Assembly (NCBI RefSeq): GCF_964355755.1
Contig: NC_092676.1
Coordinates: 22,400,871 to 22,464,870, forward strand
Direction of reading: 5' to 3'
From: Antedon mediterranea
Lineage: Eukaryota > Animalia > Echinodermata
DNA length: 64,000 bases
Below, piece after piece: positions 41,114-54,000 of the stretch. The translations under genes and the position numbers were made by a program. The notes below the pieces were generated by a model. It was not told where the DNA came from. It saw nothing but the letters and a program-made list of their open reading frames with translations, and searched no databases. Numbering within the stretch: the first letter of the stretch is position 1; every line of letters begins with the position of its first letter.

Positions 41114-43302
41114 GGTTAGTACGATGGTTGAAAATCAACTTTAGTGAAGTTTTTATGGCTTGGATTCATGTGCAAGCGCTATGAGTGTTTGTAGAATCAG
41201 TTTTAAGGTACTGTATGTTGTGATGTGCATTTTGGAATTAAAAAAATTAACTTATTTCATATCATATGTTTTAGGGAAAAGAAACTCAACCACTCAGTGA
41301 TATTGCTAAAATAAATAATAATTTCAAATGGTTTACATGAATATCTGTGGGAATAAAATGAAGGAAAAAATTAGTTGGATCCATTACATTATAGTTGGTG
41401 TTTTATTATCTAATAGGTATAGACTCACAGTAAACTTTCAGGGGATGCTTATTCAACCATACAAAAAGACACAGCGAAGATTGAGAGAAGTTCTACAACA
41501 GAAATATGGTCATCTGGATGGGAGCAGCGTTGGTGCATCTGAGGTAATGAAAGGTTTAGGTTCAGTCTAATGCGTGCATTTAGTATGACTAAACAGTTCC
41601 AAATTACTTTTACCACTACCTCCCAACTGGGAAAAAAGAAATAATGTCCAAACTATAGAGGGTGATATAACATCAAAAAATATATCAAACTATAGAGGGT
41701 GCTATTAGCTATAATTGTAAACATAGGTACAGTATATCAGACGTTCCAAATGCGGTGACTCATTTTTTCGCATATTTAACAATGTATGAATTTATTATAA
41801 AAATTGTACGGACCGATATTAGTATGTTTTCTATTCTCTTATCAATATATAGAGCCTAGTAGTAGCAGACCTACTGTTAAAATTACACATTATCAAATCT
41901 ATATATAAATTTACGTAAGGGCAAAATTCGGTAAATCGCGCGTTATTTCTAGAATTTTTACTCGATGGTATATAAAGTTGGTTCTTACTTTCGGTACTGA
42001 TTTTAACCACCTGATGTAATCCTGTTTACTAATTAAATTGAGTTAGATAATTAGTTATTGACAATTAAAACGAATTTTGGTTCAACGATTTGCCCCAAAT
42101 AGGGGTGTTTTCCGATCGTGGTATACACTGTCTAATGGATATCCATCTTGAAAAATAGGCCCGCACACAATAATACGAGGATGTTTCGGATTTTCCTATC
42201 TCCTTCTAGGATAATTGTTTTTAATAGCTGAAAACCGGTTGAACAGCTCGAGTACAGCATCATCATGTTGATGTTTTCTTTAAAAAATACTATTTTGATA
42301 GATTTAATATACGTTTATACAAAAGGATTGCTTGGCGATGAATGGAACATTCCAATCTCTCCCCACATTTGGTATAACACAAGTAGGTAAATTTATGTGT
42401 CTTTCGGGGATAAAATTAAAAACCTTTGACATTAAATACATAAACCATTTTTGTCCCATTTGAAGCACAATTTTTTTTGTTACTGTGAGTGTGGTGTACT
42501 GTTTAAATACATAATTAAACTTTAATACTGACAGTTGCTTCTTAATAGTATTAATTAATAATTATAAAAAAATATAAAAGTCGTCGTGGTGTATCGTTAC
42601 ATGTACTTTACTATTTAAATCGACTATGACAGTGACAGTTTCAATAAAGTATTAAATCGCAAATATTTAGTGGTTTATTATTTATAAAACATAAAAACAA
42701 ATATACGGATAAAGAATATATTTAAAAATGGTTCCTCTTTGCACCCACCCTCTTACCATCCCTTAACCCTAACATGTTAGTACATACAAAACACAAATTG
42801 GGTTTGTTTACTCAAGTACTTCCCGGGGTACTAATTTAGTTGGCTACATAAATCACTGTGTCTGTTTATTACGTACATTTGAAATCGCCAGTTTTTTACG
42901 CTGAAATTACTATGTATTCGAGAACCATCTGTGGGCACAGCCTAGATGGACCATTTAGTTATACAATATTTAATATATATTTTTTTTAAAGAATTTAAAT
43001 AGAAATTTAAATTTAGCACAAGAGCAGCAAACGCTCAAAATATCTCGAGCAGATTCCTGTGATTATATCGGGAGAGTTGTGATGTCTGAAAATGCATTGA
43101 TATTGATTGCATTCATTGCGATGATATAATAAGTAAAAGTGTTTGCATGCAAAATAAGTGCGTAGAAATGTTTAATTACCTCATAATAATTTTCTCTTTT
43201 CTTCAGACGGTCCTTGACATCCCAGGCATGACAATGGCTCAACAGCAATATTACCCGTACGTGTATTACCCAATTGAAATTAACTTTTGGGACAGGACGT
43301 GA
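41114..43302 (+). pseudogene. 3'-fragment pseudogene of V-ATPase subunit C (exons 9-11 only)
   Basis: Exon copies at 41114-41207 (4-nt deletion, CGA>TGA at 41182), 41417-41543 (YGLP>YRLT) and 43207-43302. No upstream exons are seen. Confidence 0.92.
41898..42958 (+). mobile_element. Non-autonomous Helitron (3' hairpin deleted)
   Basis: 5' TCTATATATAAATTTACGTAAGGGC. It is the reverse-complement homolog of 57327-58640 and is absent from the paralogous intron near 22340. Confidence 0.8.
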
Positions 43303-45073
43303 AGATAATTCCTCGCGCTCATTATGCAATAATAGGGTATTTTTAAATTGGATGAATAATAGGTGAAATAAAATTGTACGGGAGGGTGTATGTGTAACGT
43401 GGTGTTTAGTAGATGGTTATAGATTGTAATAGGGACTTTTTGGTCAACAGCTTCAACCTTAAGTTGTAACAACATGCATTATGTATGCTCCGCCCATTTA
43501 TGCAGATTTGGAAAGACCTTGAATTCAAATAAATTTCAATTGGTAAGCGATGGATCTGATTGGCTGCATTACTTGCATTGCTTGTATGTTTTTTGCGCTA
43601 CATTGTGTGAAACCAAGCTTAAAGGTTTTAACTTTTATGCTAGCAAAGTTGTTGCATATCATTAGTGATATAAGTGATACTAATCGCGTAATATTTGATG
43701 AAAAGTGTTTCGCGAAAAGATGAAAACTAGAGAGCTTAACAAAACACAATTTAAGATTGAGGAAATTTTCATTTAGATTTTTTATTTGCAGTGCCCGCAA
43801 TTAAAAGGTGTAGTTTAATTATAACCATGTCAATTTACTTGTATATTAAAGCTAAAACATTATTCACTTAATAAAAATGCAAAATCCATTTCACATTCTG
43901 ACGACATGTGTGTATATGTGTGAACACAAGTTAAGTTGAGGATCAAAAAGTCTGTAATAAATATTAAAGTAAATCTATTAAATATAAATACTTGTTCTGT
44001 ATATAAAATGTTTTATGAATTCATTTTAATATATTATATATATAAAAGGTATATAAATAAGTAAGTTAATTGTACTAAATTTCTTTAAATATTACATCTA
44101 GTCATGTTTCGTGGTAACCATTTTCTTTTGCTTCTTCTCAGACTAGATTCTGGATGGTGATTAAGATTCGGCTTAATATTCATAAAAAGTTTGTCACACA
44201 TGGCGTGTCATACTATACTTGAGCTAAAATTAATTCATCTTCATAAAAACTGCCGCTAGTGGCGTTATGTAAAAAGAAACAATTCCTGAAGACTTATGGC
44301 AAAATTAAATACAAAACCAAAAATAAATTTATCTTTGAAATTTAATTTAAATTACAAGTAAATATGTTATGCTCATTTCGTTCAAACCATGACCTCCATC
44401 AATTATGTACATCAATTACGATTTTTGAAGCATCATCAAATAAATTTTGTGTTGCCCAATCACGGTGTATCATACAATTCTAGTCATCGAGTCCTTGCGC
44501 ATTACACCCAAGAATACATTAAGTTGAATGATATTAGAAATTAAAAATGAATTTAGAATGTATTTAAGTATTGTAGATTGTAGAATACAAAATATATGAG
44601 TAACATTTCATATCTAAAACTATAGTAAATATTATTTACGTGTATACTAAATTGTTACTCGATGTCTGTTACTATCAAACAGTTTCCCAACGGAATATAC
44701 TTATATTTATTATATATTGTGGAATATAATAAATGACAAGTTAAAAGTTTTTTCAGTTCTTTTTTTTCAGATTTTCTGTTGTATAAATAAGTTTTTTGGT
44801 TTCTTTGTTTTGTTTTATATATATATACTGTAGGCTTATATTAAAGCACTCTTCCCTGATTAAAGCAAGTTATATAACAAAGTAATAATTACAAACAATG
44901 AAACTTTGATTTAAACATTAAATACATTTTAAAAAGTACACATAGAATTTACGTCACACATGGGATCAACGAATCACACATGGGATTAACGAATCACACA
45001 TGGGATTAACGAATCACACATGGGATCAACGAATCACACATGGGATCAACGAATCACACATGGGATTAACAAA

Positions 45074-48000
45074 TCACATAGGCCTAAGTGGAATTTGTGT
45101 AACTGCCGGTTGCCGTACTTTGCATTTAAACATATAGACGATTGTATAAAGATAAGGATTGACTGAGGAGTTTATAGGGATGATGAATGTCGCTGCCCAA
45201 ACATATATGTCATCAGGAATCCTCATCCAATCCATCTCAGAACCAATTGCCATTACTATAATCGGACCCCAGCAACAGAAATCAGTGAAAACTATTAACC
45301 CTAGTTTTCGAGCCATTTTCAGTTGCTCCTTTCTCATCTGCCGTCTGTTTACAGTGGCACCCGATCTTTTAACGGATAAGAAAATCGTGAGGTAACTCAC
45401 TGCAATTACGACAAATCCGATTCCATTAAATGCAACAAAAATGGTTATAGCATACTCCCAACCTGGCCACCGACTTCTGGTTAGAGGTAATGCCAGACAA
45501 ACACTTTCTTTTCCGTAATAGTTATCGCTAAAGTACGATATTTCAGCAAATTTTAGTTTATTTACTGCTGGAAGAAAACTCAGGACAATCCAGAACAACC
45601 ATGCGAATGCGAGTATAATTTTACACTTTTTACTATTGAGACGATTTGTACTGAATGGATAAACGATGTTAACAGCACGGTCAATGCTCAGCATCATCAG
45701 TGTGAACACTGAGCATTGCCCAGAGAGAGTAGAAATAGCCCCGGCGAAGCTGCAAAGGAAACTCTTCTTCCACTCTCTTGCAACTTCAGAATACCTTCCT
45801 CTGTAATGTATGTCTGCACTTGAAATGATGATCAGATAGACTGCCATCAGCATGTCCGACGCGGCAAGGTTAGTGATAAGAATGGTTTGAACTTTGTTAA
45901 CATTGTTATTGTTACCTGTCTTGTTCTTTTTCAATCGTCTAGATATGATGACAACTGAATTACCAATGATGGATGATATTCCAATTATCATCATTAAAAC
46001 ACGGAGATGTTTACTTTTTAGTAGATCTTCACAAGAAGCAAATGCATCAACGGGTTCGCATTTATCAATAACACCAACAAGACAACACAGGCGAGAGAAA
46101 TCCGAGTACCTGTTAAATTAATTGTAAATAGTTAATAAGTTTAGTGATTTCGACTTTTGGAAAATAAATGTTGTGAGAATACATTAAAATATTGTACATA
46201 TTAAACCTCTAAAAATTTACAGTAAACATTATCAAAATCAGTTTAAAAATCACTTTAAACAGGATTGTCGTTATATGAAGCCCCATGGATATATCATAGA
46301 TAAAAAATAGTCGGCATCTCGCACATACAACACATTATCTCTATGTATGACTTTCTTGTACGTACATTTTATTATCTCGTATGCCTATACGTACAACTTA
46401 TTATTATCTCATACGACTTATTATTTCAAGCTTATTAAGAGTAACTTCGAAATTTGGTTGAATTTCAAAGAAAACTAATTTTATTTATTTAATTTGAATC
46501 CAGCTAGCACGTGACAATTTCAGAATGAGATGAAGGTCTACAGATGTGACACTGTTTTGACCAATGATAACATACTTGTGAACCTAGTGCCACTAATAAA
46601 TTATAGTTGCAATAAATAATTTCAATATATTATGAAGACTAGAGGGTCAATTGGTCGTCGAGCTAAAGAGCCACCAATTATTAGTATAAGTACGAGGCTG
46701 ACTCCTAGTTCTGGTGGTGGTTTCTTGGCTAAGGACTATAGACAGTAGGTCCAGTGTACATGTTTGTCCATCTGCACTTAAAGAATTCAATTTGGGATGA
46801 GTAGGGGGTTACACCAGTGTACCGATTCACAAAATAGCCTCTGTAGCACCTATATATCTGATAGCTATACAATAATAAAAATAAAATAAATAATATATAA
46901 CTACAACAATAATATTTGTCATGGCGTATATGCAGGTATATCATTACTTACAATCGTTTTAAGTTTGTTAATTTTTCAAACGTCCTATCTCTGTACACCT
47001 GTAAGTTGTTACCCCTTAAATATCTAAAAAAGTAATAGACGGAAAACAAAAATATAATAAGGTGTTGTAACGGTTTGTATAAGGCAACTGATTGCAAATT
47101 TCCTCATTTTGATTTGAATTAGTTTAAATTCAATTTCTTCTTTAGATTTTTAACAACTCATTATTTTTCTTTCACACTTTCTATTCTCTTTGTTTTCATT
47201 AGCATTTTCTTAATTTGCTTATTTTTACAAAAACCCTTGAAATAAGTCTGATGACTTTCATGGTCCTAATTGTACCTATTCTGTTTGTCCTTGTCTGTTT
47301 CTCATTGTTATTTGATGTAGTTAAGTTTAAATTTGATAAACAAAGGAGATTTTAGAAAATAATTAAAGTAGAGTAGAATTTTAAATGATTGTAGTATGTA
47401 TGATACAATAGTAGTACGAACCTGTTACATATGTATACTATAATATAATTCAATTTAAACTATGTTTCAAATTTTTTCACTGCTTAAAAAAACAGTAATA
47501 TGAATAAACCTTTTGTTCTGTACACAGAAATACTCAACATTTTGAAAACTACAATGTTGTTTGATATTATTTCATCAATTACATCTTAACTTTTTTTATC
47601 GCAATCAATTCATAAAAATGAAAACCAAATAATCATACAGTTCATGCATAAATGAAACTGCATAAGAAATATATAGTGTAACTTACAGACAATATGAATT
47701 ATATAGATGCCACACCTTAAGCCTGTTTTCCTGTCGACGTTATTCGACGCTATCGTCGTTGATCGCTAACGATCGTTTGAAAACGATCAAGTTGAAATGA
47801 CAACAATAGCGAGTACCTTTTCCTGTAAATCGTTAACATTTCAATGTTAACGTAGAAGATCGCCGATTATTGTTACCGATACCGTCGAATAACGTTGACA
47901 GGAAAACAGGCTTTACATGAGAAGTACTCAAAGTATTCTCAAATGTAGGTGTACTTAGTATAAAGTACGAACACACAAAGCTACTGTCAAGTATTTATTA

Positions 48001-51000
48001 AATTATCATCTTTTGTTAATTGCAATCAAATCAGACAAAAATCAAACGAAAACCAAATAATCATAAGTAGTCATCTGTATATAAATTTTAGTGCTACTTA
48101 CAAATGTGAAAGTAATGAAGCAAAAGGAGAGAATGCATCAGGATCTATGGTAGTTATAGAATTGTTATTTAAACCCCTGTTGAAAGATAAATTAATAATA
48201 GACAACAGATATTGAGTAATGCGTCACATTATTAAAAAAATACATAATTTTCATTATCATACGTTAAAAAATTGTAAAAATAAAATTTTATTTCCATAGT
48301 TAAATAAAAAAAAAAATTAAATTTCATGACTTTGTTATTTTATTATTTAATTCTGTTGCCTCAAATGTTTACATTATTAGACTGCATGAGTATAGTTTCA
48401 ACTCTTATCTTGTCAAAATAATATACCACAGTATATTATGAAAACCTTTTTTTTTCTCAGACAAATTACTGCAAACAATTTAAATTAATTGATTGAGAGA
48501 GATTATAATTTGCAACATTATTGTTAATAACATATTATTTCAAAAAGTTATATCTGAGAAAAAATAAATAACTCATTCATTTAAAGTAAGATAAAATTAT
48601 GTTATGTTACATATAATATAGATATTAATATTAATACAGCTGTAATTTAATTAAGAAATTAAGACAAATTTGTAATAAACAAAGCAATACACACTTACAG
48701 TATTTTCAATGCTGTCAAACCAGCAAATGCATTGGCTGACAATGTACTTATTTGATTATTATTCAAGTACCTCAAATAGAAAAATAATGCACAAAATAAG
48801 CACATGGAGTAATCACAATATCAATTATGTTTGTCTTTATGTTTCTTCAACTGTTTAAATTATCTACATCAGTAATACTACATCATAGTTATACTGCATG
48901 AATATATTGTCAAGTTTTAAATATTATTATTGTTAATAAATATTCTTCAAACAATTTAGATTAAGAATTCTTATTAATTTTTAATATTTGACAAAAAGGA
49001 TCTATGGTAGTTATAGCATTCTTCTCTAAATTCCTGTTGAAAAATAATAATAGGCAACATTTTATTGAGTAATGCATCACATTATCTAAAAAAATACGTA
49101 ATTTTCATTATCATAAGTAGAAAAACAGTAAAAATTAAATTTTATTTGCATAGTTCAATTATATAAAAATTAAATTTCATGACTTCATTATTTTATTATT
49201 TCACTCTGTTGCCTAAAATGTTTACATTATTAGACTGCATGAGTATAGTTTCAACTCTTATACTTGAATCATGTCAAAATAATATACTACAGTATGTTAT
49301 GAAAAGATTTTTTTCTCAGAAAAATTACTGCAAACAATTTAAATTAATTGATTGAGAGAGATTATAATTTGAAACATTGTTAATAAAATATTATTTCAAA
49401 CAATTTTTGATATCTGAGAAAAAAATTAACTCATTCAATTAAAGTAAGATAAAATTAAAATTATGTTATGTTACTTTGTTAAACCTACAATGTAGATATT
49501 AATATTAATAAAGCTGTAATTTAATTAAGAAATTAAGACAAATTTGTAATAAACAAAGCAATATACTTACAGCCATCCCAATGCTGTCAAACCAGCAAAT
49601 GCATTGGCTGGCAATGTACTTATTTGATTATCAGACAACAACCTCAAATAGAAAAATAATGCACAAAATAAGCACATGGAGTAAATCTATATTATAAGTG
49701 AGAGAGTTTGTCTGTTTGTCTGTTTGTTCGTTATACAAAATTTTGTTACTGCACATAATCTTACATATGGGGTATCAAAATGACCGCAATTGTACCGGGA
49801 ATGTTCTAAGCTATATTTCAACATCATCCGCCACCTAGGATCCAAGTTAGGGACCAAAATGTGGTCAAAACCCCCACTTTCGATGTTTGTTCGTTATAAA
49901 AATTTCTGTGTCTGCACGTAACCATACGTATGGGGTATCAAAATGATGGCAATTGTACCCGGAAGGTTTTAAACTACATTTAAAAAAATTCCCCCGACTC
50001 CTGGGGTTTTTGTGGAATGGGTGGGGGGGGGGGGGTGGTTGTGTGGTGGTTTGTGATGTCATTTTTGCTAGGGCTCGGGGTTGTAGGCTATCGAATTGTA
50101 AAATTATACTACAAAAGTTTTACAGTATTTGAATTATCCTCAGCAAGGCGTTTGGGGAAATATAGATATAGCTATACATATTTCATTCATTAAACAATAT
50201 GACACCTATTCAATTACACATTTAGCAAAGTACTTTAACCATATCCAGCTATTTGTTGGTCTCTTGGATTGCCTCATTACAGACATCCATACCTGTGTGA
50301 ACATACACATGTTGTTTACTGTTACTGTGTTCAACTACATCACCAATCCTCCAAGGAAAAAAACGTACATTGTGGGAGAGTGGGGTTGGGAGATAGGGTT
50401 TGGGAGTTTGGTTTCAGGAGAGAGTGGGGATTTTGCTTACACCAGAATTGTGGTTGGAAACTTTTAAAGTATTTAATCATCCCTGGGAAGCGGATGGGAG
50501 TTTGGGGTGGGGATGTACATCTAGGCCTATCACCATGACCGAAACTGTATTTGGAATGTTTTAAACTACATTTGAAAACTGCCACTGAGGGATTATGGGT
50601 TGGGAGTGATAATAATATAAATTGTACTGGAACCGGCTTCAACAGATCACCCAGTGTATCTGGCGTGTGTTTTTTGTAGAGGGAGGAGGAGCGAAAATAC
50701 TAGCGTAATGAAGTAGCCTATATGATTGGATTGTACTAGGAAAAGTTACTAAATTTGAACTGTCCAGGGGAGGAGTTAAGGTTTGTTGATGGTGGCTGGG
50801 GTGGTGAAAGGAGAAAGATGGCTGGGTGCCCGCAGTATCTAAATTACAAATTTTAATTATCAGCCAATATGACACCTATTCATTTACACAATTTACAACG
50901 TACTACAACCATTATTAGACCCATCGTAGTTATGAATACTCCTCTCAATTCGAAGCTTAGGTTGAATTGAATTTGTCCATCACTGGGAAGATTTTGTTTT

Positions 51001-54000
51001 TAAGAAAGAGTATGGGGTGTTGTTGAGGGGTCGATGTTGGTGAGTATAGACAGATACTGGCGTCGGGTGTTATGTACTGAGAAGGCTGTAAACTAATTTT
51101 GAAACCCGCCCTGGGGCGGGTATAATTGCTAGTATAATATAAATTATTTTTGTCTTTATGTTTCTTCAACTGTTTAAATTATCTACATCAGTAATACTAC
51201 ATCATAGTTATACTGCATGAATATATTGTCAAGTTTTAAATATTATTATTGTTAATAAAATATTCTTCAAACAATTTAGATTAAGAATTCTTATTAATTT
51301 TTAATATTTGACAAAAAGGATCTATGGTAGTTATAGCATTCTTCTCTAAATTCCTGTTGAAAAATAATAATAGGCAACATTTTATTGAGTAATGCATCAC
51401 ATTATCTAAAAAAATACGTAATTTTCATTATCATAAGTAGAAAAACAGTAAAAATTAAATTTTATTTGCATAGTTCAATTATATAAAAATTTAATTTCAT
51501 GACTTCATTATTTTATTATTTAATTCTGTTGCCTCAAATGTTTACATTATTAGACTGCATGAGTATAGTTTCAACTCTTATCTTGTCAAAATAATATACC
51601 ACAGTATATTATGAAAACCTTTTTTTTTCTCAGACAAATTACTGCAAACAATTTAAATTAATTGATTGAGAGAGATTATAATTTGCAACATTATTGTTAA
51701 TAACATATTATTTCAAAAAGTTATATCTGAGAAAAAATAAATAACTCATTCATTTAAAGTAAGATAAAATTATGTTATGTTACATATAATATAGATATTA
51801 ATATTAATACAGCTGTAATTTAATTAAGACATTAAGACAAATTTGTAATAAACAAAGCAATACACTTACAGTGTTCCCAATGCTGTCAAACCAGCAAATG
51901 CATTGGCTGACAATGTACTTATTTGATTAACAGACAACCACCTCAAATAGAAAAAGAATGTACAGAATAAGCACATGGAATAATTACAATATCAATTATT
52001 TTTGTCTTTATATTTCCTAATGTTTAAATTAGTAATACTACATTATAGTTACACTGCATAGTATAGTGTCAACTCTTATACTTGAATGATGTCAAATATA
52101 CTATGTTAAAATAGAATATTGTTTTTAATTTGTAACTCAGACAAAATCACTACAAGAAATGATATTTCTAGACAAACTCACTCCAACAAATTTTAATTAA
52201 TTGATTACAATTATGAAAGAGAAAATAGTTTTAAATATTATTATTAACAAATTATTTTTTCAAACATATACAGATTAAGATTTTTTATAAATTTGTAATA
52301 TCTGACAAAAAGGATCTATGGTAGTTATAACATTGTTCTCTAAATTGCCGCAGTTGAAATATAAATATATCACATTTGATTTTCATTATTGTAAGTAGAA
52401 AAAAAAATTGTACTTGTATAGTTAAATCAAATAAAAATTAAATTTCATGACTTCATTATTATTTTAATATTTCACTCTGTTGCCTAAAATGTTTACATTA
52501 TTAGACTGCATGAGTATAGTTTCAACTCTTATACTTGAATCATGTCAAAATAATATACTACAGTATGTTATGAAAGGACTTTTTTCGCAGATAAATTACT
52601 GCAAACAATTTAAATTAATTGATTGAGAGAGATTGTAATGTATTGTTAATAAAATATTATTTCAAACAGTTGTTGATATCTGACAACAAAATAAATAATT
52701 AATTCATGGTGGATGAATTAACACTTGTGTTTTAAGTTATTGTATAAGATCATATTATGAAATGATGTAATAAATAAGAATATCTTAGTTACTATGTTAA
52801 ACCTACAATGTAGATATTAATATATATACAGCTGTAATTTAATTAAGAAATTAAAGACAAGTTTGTAATAAATAGAGTAAGTAAACAAAGCAATACACTT
52901 ACAGGGATTCCAATGCTGTCAAACCAGCAAATGCATTGGCTGGCAATGTACTTATTTGATTATTATGCAACCACCTCAAATAGAAAAAGAATGCACAGAA
53001 TAAGCACATGGAGTAATCACAATATCAATTATTTTGTCTTTCTGTTTCTTCAAATAATTAAATTATCTACATCAGTAATACTACATTATAGTTATACTGC
53101 ATGAATATAATTGTCAAGTTTTAAATATTATTATTGTTAATAAAATATTACTCAAACAATTTAGATTAAGATTTCTTATTAATTGTTAATATCTGACAAA
53201 AAGGATCTATGGTAGTTAGGCCTATAGCATTTCTCTCTAAATTCCTGTTGAAAGATAAATTAATAAACAACATTTTATTGAGTAATGCATCACATTACTA
53301 AAAAATACATAATTTTCATTATCAGAAGTAGAAAAACTGTAAAAATAACATTTTATTTGCATAGTTAAACTAAATAAAAATTAAATTTCATGACCTCATT
53401 ATTTTAATATTTCACTCTGTTGCCTAAAATGTTTACATTATTAGACTGCATGAGTATAGTTTCAACTCTTATACTTGAATCATGTCAAAATAATATACTA
53501 TAGTATGTTATGAAAGGACTTTTTTCGCAGATAAATTACTGCAAACAATTTAAATTAATTGATTGAGAGAAATTGTAATGTATTGTTAATAAAATATTAT
53601 TTCAAACTGTTGTTGATATCTGACAACAAAATAAATAATTAATTCATGGTGGATGAATTAACACTTGTTTTTAAAGTTCTTGTTATAAGATCATATTATG
53701 AAATGATGTAATAAATAAGAATATCTTACTGTGTTTAACATACAATGTAGATATTAATATATATATACAGCTGTAATTTAATTAAGAAATTAAGACAAAT
53801 TTGTAATAAACAAAGCAATACAATTACAGGGATTCCAATGCTGTCAAACCAGCAAATGCATTGGCTGACAATGTACTTATTTGATTATTATGCAAGTGCC
53901 TCAAATAGAAAAAGAATGCACAGAATAAGCACATGGAGTAATCACAATATCAATTATGTTTGTCTTTATGTTTCCTAATGTTTAAATTAGTAATACTACA

